From the NCBI GenBank assembly GCA_963710375.1, contig CAVPZX010000004.1, forward strand, positions 128,001-192,000: 64,000 bases of DNA, given 5' to 3'. The notes beneath the pieces were generated by a model. It did no database searches and was not told where the DNA came from. It was given only the letters and a program-made list of their open reading frames with translations. This DNA is from Nitrospirota bacterium (GTDB taxonomy: Bacteria; Nitrospirota; Thermodesulfovibrionia; Thermodesulfovibrionales; Dissulfurispiraceae). The translations under genes and the position numbers were made by a program. Of this stretch, positions 28,371-36,861 are shown one piece after another; positions within the stretch are counted from its first letter, which is position 1, and every line of letters starts with the position of its first letter.

Positions 28371-28928
28371 ATGACACGTTTTGAAGAAGTGCAAATGAAG
28401 ATCGCTGAATCTGCAAAAAATTATCTTGAAATATTCAATATGCAGGTTTTCATAGAGCAGTTCACACTTGACAGGGAAAGCAGGTTCTCGCTTTCTTTGC
28501 CGAATATGGAGACCCCATATTCACTGACGGCAACCGTATCTTTTACATATGACGCATTTCAGACCGGAATGACTCTTTATGAGGATGATACGGAAGAAAG
28601 CTCGATGGATGCTGATAACTCTCTGGAGTTGGAATTCTTGATAAAATTGCCGATTATGGAAGACTACCCGAACATCGAGGCATTGCTTGCAGAGGTTGAG
28701 GAAGAATATCCCGATACTCAACCTGTGCTCTTTGCAAAGGAAATCATTCCAAGCGAGCAGCCCTCCAGGGAATACGAGATCTCATACATCTATGATATTG
28801 AGGCCAATGACCTTGGCGATGATGAATTGTTTGACCAGCTTTTTGAGGAACTCAGGGGTATCCTTGAACTCATCCTAAAGAGGACGAAAGACTACATAGA
28901 CCACTCCTGGTACAGCTCCGAAGAGTGA
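28371..28928 (+). CDS. Hypothetical highly acidic protein
   Basis: Strong AGGAGGT RBS; 185-aa D/E-rich ORF; no recognised family. Confidence 0.75.
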   Translation: MTRFEEVQMKIAESAKNYLEIFNMQVFIEQFTLDRESRFSLSLPNMETPYSLTATVSFTYDAFQTGMTLYEDDTEESSMDADNSLELEFLIKLPIMEDYPNIEALLAEVEEEYPDTQPVLFAKEIIPSEQPSREYEISYIYDIEANDLGDDELFDQLFEELRGILELILKRTKDYIDHSWYSSEE

Positions 28929-28930
28929 CT

Positions 28931-29056
28931 GACGGCTTCGTAAAAAGTCCATATGCTGCGTTACGCTGCACCCTTCGTCACTGCGGCGTACATAAAAGTA
29001 CGCCTCATTCCTCAGGATTTGCGTGCCTTGCCTCTGGACCTTTTTACGAAGCCGTC
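28931..29056. repeat. MITE-like element, family C
   Basis: 17-bp perfect IR GACGGCTTCGTAAAAAG/CTTTTTACGAAGCCGTC; internal GGCGTAC..GTACGCC hairpin. Confidence 0.75.
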
Positions 29057-29073
29057 TTAATTATTTTCCTATT

Positions 29074-29733
29074 ATGACTTCTAAAGAGTTGACTAATAAT
29101 ATCGACTGTATCCTGCTGGATATGGATGGAACGCTTCTGGACAAGTATTTTGATGATTATTTCTGGGAGCACCTTGTTCCGGAAAAGTACGCTGAGAAAC
29201 ATGGTGTCACATTCGGCAACGCAAAGAAGATATTGTTTTCCCTGTACAAGTCCCATGAAGGCACATTGAACTGGACCGATATCGATTTCTGGTCAAAAGA
29301 ACTTCACCTGGATATCCCGGCGCTCAAAGAGCAGATTAAACACCTGATAGAAGTCCATCCCCACGTGGAGGATTTTCTGAAAGCAATGAAGCAGCATAAG
29401 AAAAGAGTCTATATGCTCACGAATGCCCATTATAAGGTCCTGGACATCAAATTAAAAAAAACCGACATAGGAAGATACTTCGACAGTTGTATCACATCAT
29501 TTGAGATTGGCTACCCGAAAGAGATGGTCGAATTCTGGGAGAAGGTCGAAAAAATACTGAAATTCGATAAAGAACGCACCCTCTTTATTGATGATACCGC
29601 CGAGGTCCTGAAAACAGCAAAAGCCTTCGGAATAAAATATCTCTTCCTCAAAACAGGGGCCAACTCCAGGAAAAAAGATACAGCCGTGCACGAATTCCCG
29701 ATTTTAAAAGATTACAGGGAACTGATGAAATAG
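29074..29733 (+). CDS. HAD-superfamily hydrolase (YrfG-like nucleotidase)
   Basis: LLDMDGTLLD..FD.YFW, TNAH, GYPKE, FIDD. Confidence 0.88.
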   Translation: MTSKELTNNIDCILLDMDGTLLDKYFDDYFWEHLVPEKYAEKHGVTFGNAKKILFSLYKSHEGTLNWTDIDFWSKELHLDIPALKEQIKHLIEVHPHVEDFLKAMKQHKKRVYMLTNAHYKVLDIKLKKTDIGRYFDSCITSFEIGYPKEMVEFWEKVEKILKFDKERTLFIDDTAEVLKTAKAFGIKYLFLKTGANSRKKDTAVHEFPILKDYRELMK

Positions 29734-29739
29734 CCCACA

Positions 29740-31959
29740 TTACGGGCATAAACTTTCAACTCCTGTGATTCGCGGGAAATCCCATATGTCCATGTAAAAT
29801 GCATCAAACCGCCTGTGCCTAACCTGTTCTTCCTCGCGTCGCCAGAACAAAAGATCGCTTGCAGGATAGAGATAGCCGAAATGATATGCCGTGAAATTTG
29901 TTCGCTGCCGGGCAATGAGGCTGACCGGATACCGGTAAATCTTCTCCTGCAGTTGCACCAGCGCCAGTGCTTTCAGCCGTACGCGGGCGGCTTGCCGCAG
30001 CAGGCTCTCGGCCTCATTAGTCGCCGGAAGCCACCAGTGCCCTTTTCTAAGCGCAAGCAGTGCCTGAATAGTCAAAGACCGGTGTTGCGCCCTGAGTGCT
30101 GTGACTTCGAGAGCCCTGGTCAATTCGCGTGCGATCAATGGCACATCCTGAGATACCCGTTTCTGTCCGGCATAATTCCGCTCTGTTGCACGTTCAAGGT
30201 CTTCCACCACAGCGTTCATCTCTCGCGCATATGCTTTCAGATCTGATACCGTAGATGCCGCGATCTTTTCTGCTTCCGCATCAGACGCCTTATAGAGAAG
30301 CCACGAACTCGAAAAAAAAGGTCTCGGCTGAAAAGGGCTGTTAAAAGGCCATGGAAGCTCAGCCGATGGGTCGAGCGCAGACATGAATCCGATCAGTCCC
30401 CTGCCTTTGAAATAATAGTTCTGAAGCGCCAGCGCTCTCTGAAACAACAGGCGTATACGGGTATCAGGGAAAATGTCATCCAGCACGCTGAGAGGAGACG
30501 TTTTTTGCACAGAGCCATTTTCGATATGGGTCCAGGACCATCGGGCGATGCTCCAGTCCACAAGCCAATAGCCCCATTCCCACCCCGAGCTGAAAGTGAG
30601 GTGATTGCCGACGCCGATTTGTTTCATGGTTTTCATATCAGACCACCGCGCATCAAGATATGGAAGGAGGAGCAACGGTACGGAATTGTCAAAGGAAACC
30701 CAGTACGCTGATTCAGGCCAATACCAGGTCTCACGCCGTTTGTTTTCCTGTATGGCCCTGCAGAGCATGCCCCTAAAATTGATATTGCCATATACTGGAG
30801 CGGATGGTTCGTCGATCGCATAGAACATGACCGTATGTATCAAAATGCCTGTCTTCAGATGCCCGTCATTCGAGGCATTTACCCCGGAGCTGGAAGGTCC
30901 GGTCTGACACCAATGCTGACTGTCGATAACATGAGTCGGTAGCATTACTTTGGTTTTGTATTTCTCGGCAACCTGTTTGATCAGATACGTTTTCAGCCCC
31001 GGCATCAATTCCCCAAGATCCGGCAGGTATTCGCCCATGGTGAAATCTACAGTTACGAAGTCCCATTTCACACGGAATATCCATGAAAGAGTACTATCAA
31101 TCTGGCGTTTATAGGAAGGAAAAAACCTGAACAATTTTATGGTCTGAAAGGCATGTTGCTGCATCATAAAGAGTGAGAATTCCAAACCTGCCTCTATGCC
31201 CCGCTTATGTGCATATGATACAAGTCCATCTGCATGCCTGATCCAGCGCGCATGATCAATGTCCCTCAAAAGGAAAAATTGGACTGTATCTTGCTGATTC
31301 CTTGCAAGCCAGTCTATGTACTCCCTCAGGTCTTCAGCCGCATGAGGATAATCAGGATTATGCAGCTGCTCTGTAAGTTCAATTGGATGAAGGGTATGGA
31401 TATGGAAGCCTTTCCTGGCAAAGCGCGGGAAGGATTTCCATTGAAAGTTCACGGGCAGCGGCCACAGTTTATGAAAAGGTATAATGGTCCTTTTGGGATG
31501 GTAAAATTTGAATCCGAGCTTTTCCTGAAGCAGTCCGTAAAGCCCGAAACTCACTCCCTGAAAAGAGTGTGATTTCAGGGCCAGTACAACACGGCCTTTA
31601 TTGCCTGAGGATACCCATTCATACCCTTGCGAGTATTGCCGGTAAGAGTAAACTCCCTTCTCTGAAGAACGGGCCGGGAGGGAGTTGTTTCCTCCGTTGC
31701 TTTGCGAAACAGCTATATGCACCCGGGCATAAGGGTTGTTCAGCGATACTGACGCAGACGGGAACCCCTTTTTTAACAGGGCGAGGACATCTTTTATGGT
31801 AACGCCGGTAATGGAATTATTAAGAAATGCCTGGGAGGCATCGATGCTGATGGAGCGCAGCGGAAGCGACCTGCTGAAGGCAAACGCATAAGATGAATTA
31901 ACAAATAAAAGGACAAAAAGTACGGCGCATCTTAGTGCCATAGCATTATACGCCTTCAT
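29740..31959 (-). CDS. Secreted hypothetical protein, possibly glycoside-hydrolase-like
   Basis: Signal peptide; QGVSFGLYGLLQEKLG then PRFARKGFHIHTLHP resembles a GH20/67 domain-2 to barrel junction (inference). Confidence 0.65.
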   Translation of the reverse strand: MKAYNAMALRCAVLFVLLFVNSSYAFAFSRSLPLRSISIDASQAFLNNSITGVTIKDVLALLKKGFPSASVSLNNPYARVHIAVSQSNGGNNSLPARSSEKGVYSYRQYSQGYEWVSSGNKGRVVLALKSHSFQGVSFGLYGLLQEKLGFKFYHPKRTIIPFHKLWPLPVNFQWKSFPRFARKGFHIHTLHPIELTEQLHNPDYPHAAEDLREYIDWLARNQQDTVQFFLLRDIDHARWIRHADGLVSYAHKRGIEAGLEFSLFMMQQHAFQTIKLFRFFPSYKRQIDSTLSWIFRVKWDFVTVDFTMGEYLPDLGELMPGLKTYLIKQVAEKYKTKVMLPTHVIDSQHWCQTGPSSSGVNASNDGHLKTGILIHTVMFYAIDEPSAPVYGNINFRGMLCRAIQENKRRETWYWPESAYWVSFDNSVPLLLLPYLDARWSDMKTMKQIGVGNHLTFSSGWEWGYWLVDWSIARWSWTHIENGSVQKTSPLSVLDDIFPDTRIRLLFQRALALQNYYFKGRGLIGFMSALDPSAELPWPFNSPFQPRPFFSSSWLLYKASDAEAEKIAASTVSDLKAYAREMNAVVEDLERATERNYAGQKRVSQDVPLIARELTRALEVTALRAQHRSLTIQALLALRKGHWWLPATNEAESLLRQAARVRLKALALVQLQEKIYRYPVSLIARQRTNFTAYHFGYLYPASDLLFWRREEEQVRHRRFDAFYMDIWDFPRITGVESLCP

Positions 31960-32036
31960 ACATTATTTGTTCCTCTCCAGTTTTTATCGATTACTATAGG
32001 TAATATTGTGATAAAACGCAAGGAGCACTCCAAAAT

Positions 32037-32123
32037 GTGAATAGTGAATGGTGAAAGGCGAATAGTGAGCGGCTCAAGACACATCACAAAAAAAATCTTC
32101 ACCTTTCACCATTCACTATTCAC
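32037..32123. repeat. Inverted pair of 7-bp tandem repeat tracts (GTGAATR)n / (TTCACYW)n
   Basis: Directly visible in a divergent intergenic region. Confidence 0.72.
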
Positions 32124-32238
32124 CAATTTTTCGCTCTATTGTCCAAAGAATCGACAATATTGTATAATTCTGAATAATTTGTGGGGCATATCCATATGTC
32201 CTGGCTTTAAATAATATAATAAGGGAGGTGAACTAAAC

Positions 32239-32523
32239 ATGAGGATGAAATCGATTATCACTTTATTAGTAGCGATGGTATTTACACTCGGTATGGTCAG
32301 CTTGACCTTTGCAGCCGATGCAAAGGAAGCAAAAGGCACTGTTACCAAGGTGGCGGGCATGATGCTTACTATCAAAGATGCAGCCGGTAAAGAAGTAACT
32401 ATCAAGGCCAGCAACGCCAAGGACGTAAAGGTCGGCGAAATGGTTACTGTTAAGGACGGCAAGGCTACCAAAGAGGCAGCACCTGCAGCTCCTGCAAAGA
32501 AGAAAAGCACAGGCGGTTATTAA
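32239..32523 (+). CDS. Small secreted Lys/Ala-rich protein (OB-fold-like)
   Basis: GGAGGTG RBS, signal peptide ending TFA-A, GTVTKV...VKVGEMVTV pattern, followed by terminator. Confidence 0.8.
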   Translation: MRMKSIITLLVAMVFTLGMVSLTFAADAKEAKGTVTKVAGMMLTIKDAAGKEVTIKASNAKDVKVGEMVTVKDGKATKEAAPAAPAKKKSTGGY

Positions 32524-32551
32524 TACTAACAAATGTTATCAGTGTGCCTCA

Positions 32552-32586
32552 GAGGGGTGGGAGTTAAAAGCTCACGCCCCTTTTTA
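32552..32586 (+). terminator. Rho-independent terminator
   Basis: AGGGGTGGGAGTT-aa-AAGCTCACGCCCCT followed by T-run. Confidence 0.7.
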
Positions 32587-32613
32587 TTACCGCGGTTATA
32601 AGATAAGAGAGAT

Positions 32614-33375
32614 ATGCCTTCCTGGAAAGATAATGTATCTTTTGTGCTTGTCGAGCCGCGTGAGTCTGCCAATATAGGGGCCTCTGCGCGGGCGTTAAAA
32701 AACATGGGTTTCAATACCCTTTGCCTTGTAAAAGCGCCTGAGCTTAATGACGAGGCGCTGCGGCTCGCCCGTAACGCCCTGGATGTCCTGGAAGCGGCAA
32801 AGCGTTACGCCAGTCTTGCGGATGCGATTGACGACCAATCGTTTGTTGTTGCTGTTGCGCGGAGGACAGGTAAGAGACGCGGGATGGTACTCCCGCTCGA
32901 TCAGGGCGCGCAGAAAGTGTATGATATCGCCTCATATTGCAAAGTGGCGCTTCTCTTCGGCAGGGAGGACAGGGGGCTGTATAATGAAGAGGTCAACGAA
33001 TGCGGCCTGCTATTGACTATTCCTGCTGACAGGGAGCAGCCTTCTTTAAACCTCTCCCACGCTGTAATGGTTGTGGCCTATGAGCTTTCGAGAGCGCAAT
33101 ACAGAGAAGATGCTGTTCAGGATGCACCTTCGAAGTCGAAGCGCCCGCCTAGGCGGGGCAGCCAGGTGAGCCATGGAGAACTTGCCGCGCTTTATGAACG
33201 AATGTCAAATATCATAACGCTGCTCGGCTATATCCCCCGCGGTGACAGGAACCTTCAGAAGGAGATTATAGATAACTTAAAGCACTTCATCGGTAGGGCG
33301 GGACTCACTTACTGGGAGCTTAAAATGCTCCACGGCTTCTGCTCGCAGATAGAAATAAAGTTGGGGAGAGAGTAG
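32614..33375 (+). CDS. trmJ: TrmJ/LasT-family SPOUT RNA methyltransferase
   Basis: VLVEP...NIGASARALKNMG, LFGRED.GL, PSLNLSHAV. Confidence 0.88.
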   Translation: MPSWKDNVSFVLVEPRESANIGASARALKNMGFNTLCLVKAPELNDEALRLARNALDVLEAAKRYASLADAIDDQSFVVAVARRTGKRRGMVLPLDQGAQKVYDIASYCKVALLFGREDRGLYNEEVNECGLLLTIPADREQPSLNLSHAVMVVAYELSRAQYREDAVQDAPSKSKRPPRRGSQVSHGELAALYERMSNIITLLGYIPRGDRNLQKEIIDNLKHFIGRAGLTYWELKMLHGFCSQIEIKLGRE

Positions 33376-33400
33376 GGTGATTTCTATCATACAAAAAAAC

Positions 33401-33895
33401 TCATTTGACCTTTTTATAAATCTCCTGAACTGCAGGGTTGTTTAACAGCCGGTTAATTATGGGGTTTGAAGCAAGCCTGCTAATATCGCCGGTTCTTATC
33501 GCTTCCTGGATTTCAGGGTCCAGCAACGCCTGTTTAAATTCAGGACTGTCCTGTAGAGACATAATCAGTTTCAGCAACTCCGGATCGTTGAGCATCTGCT
33601 GCTGGAGACTACTGACCTGAGGATTGAACCTCTTTTTATACGGGGAACTATCACCATGTTCAGCTTCAGATTGTGGTTGAAGAGACTTCGAAGTTATAGC
33701 ACGTATCCGGGCACCGTTTATGTTCAGCATGCCGAGACTCGCTGTTTTAATTTTATAGATACCGTTGCTGAATGAGATAATCTCGCCTGATACAACGCTC
33801 CCATCAGTCAATTCAATATTATTTATATCGGCTGCTGAAACTTGAGAGCACATAAAAACCAGCAGAACCGTCAGACAAAATAATGCATGCCTCAT
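33401..33895 (-). CDS. Secreted hypothetical protein with C-terminal STI1/DP-like helical repeats
   Basis: GGAGG RBS, signal peptide, IELTDGSVVSGEI, repeated (N/D)PE/NP motifs. Confidence 0.7.
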   Translation of the reverse strand: MRHALFCLTVLLVFMCSQVSAADINNIELTDGSVVSGEIISFSNGIYKIKTASLGMLNINGARIRAITSKSLQPQSEAEHGDSSPYKKRFNPQVSSLQQQMLNDPELLKLIMSLQDSPEFKQALLDPEIQEAIRTGDISRLASNPIINRLLNNPAVQEIYKKVK

Positions 33896-33966
33896 ATACC
33901 CTCCGCACATATCACGAGATATGATACGAATTTACAAAACTTTCTTTAATTATACAGTGTTTACAA

Positions 33967-35001
33967 TCAGACCGCTGTTGGCGGACGCCGATCTCGGTTC
34001 TGCCTTTCGACCATCCATCCTGGATACTCTGGGGGCAATGCACTTGCTTCGTCGAGTTGGGCAATATGCTCCGGTGTCAAACGCACATCGCTCGAGGTGA
34101 GATTGTCAGCGAGTTGTTCGCGTGACTTTGCCCCGATGATAACACTGGTAATGCAAGGGCGTGTCAGGAGCCAGGCGAGAGCAACCCTCGCAACTGAGAT
34201 GTCCATATCCTTGGAGACAGCACGCAGCACCTTGAGTACCGCACCAACACGCACCTTATCAACTGGTGGAAAGTCGAACAAGGTGCGCCGAGCACCTTCC
34301 GGGCCGGGCTTATCGATGTCAAACTTACCCGACAGTAGACCGCCGGCCAACGGACTCCATGGAAGAATGGCCAGACCCTGATCTTGGGCCAAAGGTACCA
34401 CCTCGCGCTCGATGTCGCGGCTTGCTATCGAGTAGTACATCTGGGCGCTGACAAAGCGTGTCAGACCATGTGCGTCGGCGTGTCCGAGCGCCTTCATCGC
34501 CAGCCAGGCCGGCAGATTGCAGAAACCGACATAACGCACCTTACCAATGCGAACAAGATCGTCAAGAGCGCGCACGGTTTCCTCTATAGGAGTATCGAGG
34601 TCGTAACCATGTATCTGGTATAGGTCGATGAAGTCCAGTTTCAGACGGCGCAGGCTCGCGTCAACCGCTGAGAAAATGTGAGCGCGTGATAAGCCCACCT
34701 GATTAGGGCCGGGACCCATGCGTAAGTGGACCTTGGTGGCAACGATAACCTGATCTCGTGGGCGGCCAAGTGAAGCAAGCGCCATACCGACAAACTTCTC
34801 CGACTCCCCTTCTGAATAGGCGTCAGCTGTGTCGATTAAGTTTACGCCGGCGTCAAGCGCCGTTCCAATGAGCGCTTCGGACTCAGACGCGGACAGCTTG
34901 CCAATAGCGCCCCAGAATCCTCCCTTCCCGGAGAATGTCATGGTCCCGAGACACAATTCGGAAACGTATAGACCTGTCTTGCCAAAAATACGATAACGCA
35001 T
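33967..35001 (-). CDS. Aldo/keto reductase
   Basis: VSELCLGTMTF, IDTADAY, ATK, SLRRLKLDFIDLYQIH, WSPLAGG. Confidence 0.95.
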   Translation of the reverse strand: MRYRIFGKTGLYVSELCLGTMTFSGKGGFWGAIGKLSASESEALIGTALDAGVNLIDTADAYSEGESEKFVGMALASLGRPRDQVIVATKVHLRMGPGPNQVGLSRAHIFSAVDASLRRLKLDFIDLYQIHGYDLDTPIEETVRALDDLVRIGKVRYVGFCNLPAWLAMKALGHADAHGLTRFVSAQMYYSIASRDIEREVVPLAQDQGLAILPWSPLAGGLLSGKFDIDKPGPEGARRTLFDFPPVDKVRVGAVLKVLRAVSKDMDISVARVALAWLLTRPCITSVIIGAKSREQLADNLTSSDVRLTPEHIAQLDEASALPPEYPGWMVERQNRDRRPPTAV

Positions 35002-35044
35002 AATATTTCTCCTCTTCGCTAAATTTGCGCATTCAATGCGATAA

Positions 35045-35521
35045 TCACTCCCTGCCTTCCGGTTTCGGCCTCCATTTCGTTTTGGCTATCCATCCCTCTG
35101 ATGACGTCTCGATACGGTCGAAGCGCGCCACATATGGTTTGATATCCAACAGCGCGGTATTGTCCAATATATCGATGCCTTCGACTATGAGGACATTCCC
35201 GTTTCTCTGTTTCAGCCTCACAATAGAGAGCCCTATACCATTGGGTCTGCATGGGTGTCTGGATGCGAATACTCCATGTGGTTCGTCATCCAGAAACGTC
35301 GGCCTCACAAGTTCAACCTTCCCCGCCCTGTCAAAGTGATAAAGCAGGTATATGTGCGAAAAGCCCTCGATGTCTTTCAATCCACCGGCGAACTCTGTAA
35401 ATACCTCTATGCTTCCCGTTGTGTCGGCCGCATAAACGGGCTGGATCGGGCATCCGTCCTTTGAGGTAAATGGACTGTGGATGATACCGATTGGCTTAAA
35501 TGTAATCGTGTTTGTTGTCAA
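35045..35521 (-). CDS. tsaA: tRNA (N6-threonylcarbamoyladenosine37-N6)-methyltransferase TrmO
   Basis: KPIGIIHSPF, GFSHI, GVFASRHPCRPNGIGLS, LLDIKPY. Confidence 0.92.
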   Translation of the reverse strand: MTTNTITFKPIGIIHSPFTSKDGCPIQPVYAADTTGSIEVFTEFAGGLKDIEGFSHIYLLYHFDRAGKVELVRPTFLDDEPHGVFASRHPCRPNGIGLSIVRLKQRNGNVLIVEGIDILDNTALLDIKPYVARFDRIETSSEGWIAKTKWRPKPEGRE

Positions 35522-35686
35522 GAATCATTTGTCCTTTATCTTATATTTTTTCACAATTAGCAATTTTCTTCAATCATCTTTGTAAATAATTTTTTCGTTT
35601 TTGTATTATCAGGCCGGTTATAATAAGCGGACGGACCGTTGGCTATAGTTAAGTTGGGTTATTTTTTATCATAAAGGTGGCCGCTG

Positions 35687-36847
35687 TTGAAAACAAACGA
35701 TGCGAAACACGATAAAACAGCAATCCTCACGCTCTGTTTCGGAACTGTGGCGATCTGCTCCGATATTTACGTTGCCCAGCCTATTTTGCCGCTTTTAAGC
35801 ACGACTTTTGGTGTAAGCCATACAGTTGCGAGTCTGGCAGTATCTTTAAACATCCTTGCACTCTCCCTTGCATTGCTCGTTTACGGGCCTATTTCAGATT
35901 ATGCCGGTCGCAAACCTGTCATGGTTACCACCGGTTTTTTGCTGGTAATTCCGACTCTTTCTATCGCATTTACCGATAACTTTACAATTTTTCTGGTCCT
36001 GCGCACAGTTCAGGGGCTTTTCGTGGCAGGTATAGCGGCCATTGCAATGGCATATATAAATGAAGAGTTTCCTTCGGCAATTATGGGCAGAATGATGGGA
36101 TTTTATGTAAGTTCGATGGTCTCAGCCGGTTTTTTGGGGAGGGTGCTGAGCGGGGTGCTGGCAGGGACCTTCAATTGGAGAATAACCTTTATAGTGTTCG
36201 GTATATTGAATTTGGTGGGCTCATGCATCATGTATTATTTTCTGCCGGACTCAAGGCACTTCATACGCAGCGCTGGTCTTTTGAATGCGTATAGGGCAAT
36301 GTTAAAACACTTCAATAACAGGAGATTGGCCGGGGCTTTTGTAATAGCATTTACTTTATTCTTTACGTTTACAGGAGCCTTCACTTACATCACGTTTTAT
36401 CTCAGCGCTCCGCCCTTCAATCTCTCAACAGTCGCGCTTGGACTAATTTTCACGGTATACATAACAGGCGTGCTTTCACCTGTTGCAGGCTCCCTCTCAG
36501 GGAGGTTTGGCCGGAGGGCGGTTATGGGGTCCGGGCTTATGATCGCTGCGCTCGGGATTTCCCTTACCATGGTACATTCCCTGGCGGTGATTATTTCCGG
36601 CCTGTTCCTTCTCTGTGCGGGGCTGTTTTCCACACAACCTGCTGCCGGGTCATTCGTCGGAGACAATGCAAAGTCGAGCAAGGGTTCGGCCACATCTCTT
36701 TATCTGTTTTCATACTACATTGGAGGGAGTGCAGGGGCCTTTTTGCCCGGTTTTTTATGGAACGCCCACGGCTGGCCGGGTGTTCTGTCCGCCTGCTTCA
36801 TTTCTATTGCCATAGCATTTCTCTCGCTTGCGACACTCTGCCGCTGA
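35687..36847 (+). CDS. MFS transporter (YnfM-like)
   Basis: YVAQPILP, GPISDYAGRK motif A, SLYLFSYYIGGS; about 12 TM. Confidence 0.92.
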   Translation: MKTNDAKHDKTAILTLCFGTVAICSDIYVAQPILPLLSTTFGVSHTVASLAVSLNILALSLALLVYGPISDYAGRKPVMVTTGFLLVIPTLSIAFTDNFTIFLVLRTVQGLFVAGIAAIAMAYINEEFPSAIMGRMMGFYVSSMVSAGFLGRVLSGVLAGTFNWRITFIVFGILNLVGSCIMYYFLPDSRHFIRSAGLLNAYRAMLKHFNNRRLAGAFVIAFTLFFTFTGAFTYITFYLSAPPFNLSTVALGLIFTVYITGVLSPVAGSLSGRFGRRAVMGSGLMIAALGISLTMVHSLAVIISGLFLLCAGLFSTQPAAGSFVGDNAKSSKGSATSLYLFSYYIGGSAGAFLPGFLWNAHGWPGVLSACFISIAIAFLSLATLCR

Positions 36848-36861
36848 GATGTTTGTTTAAT

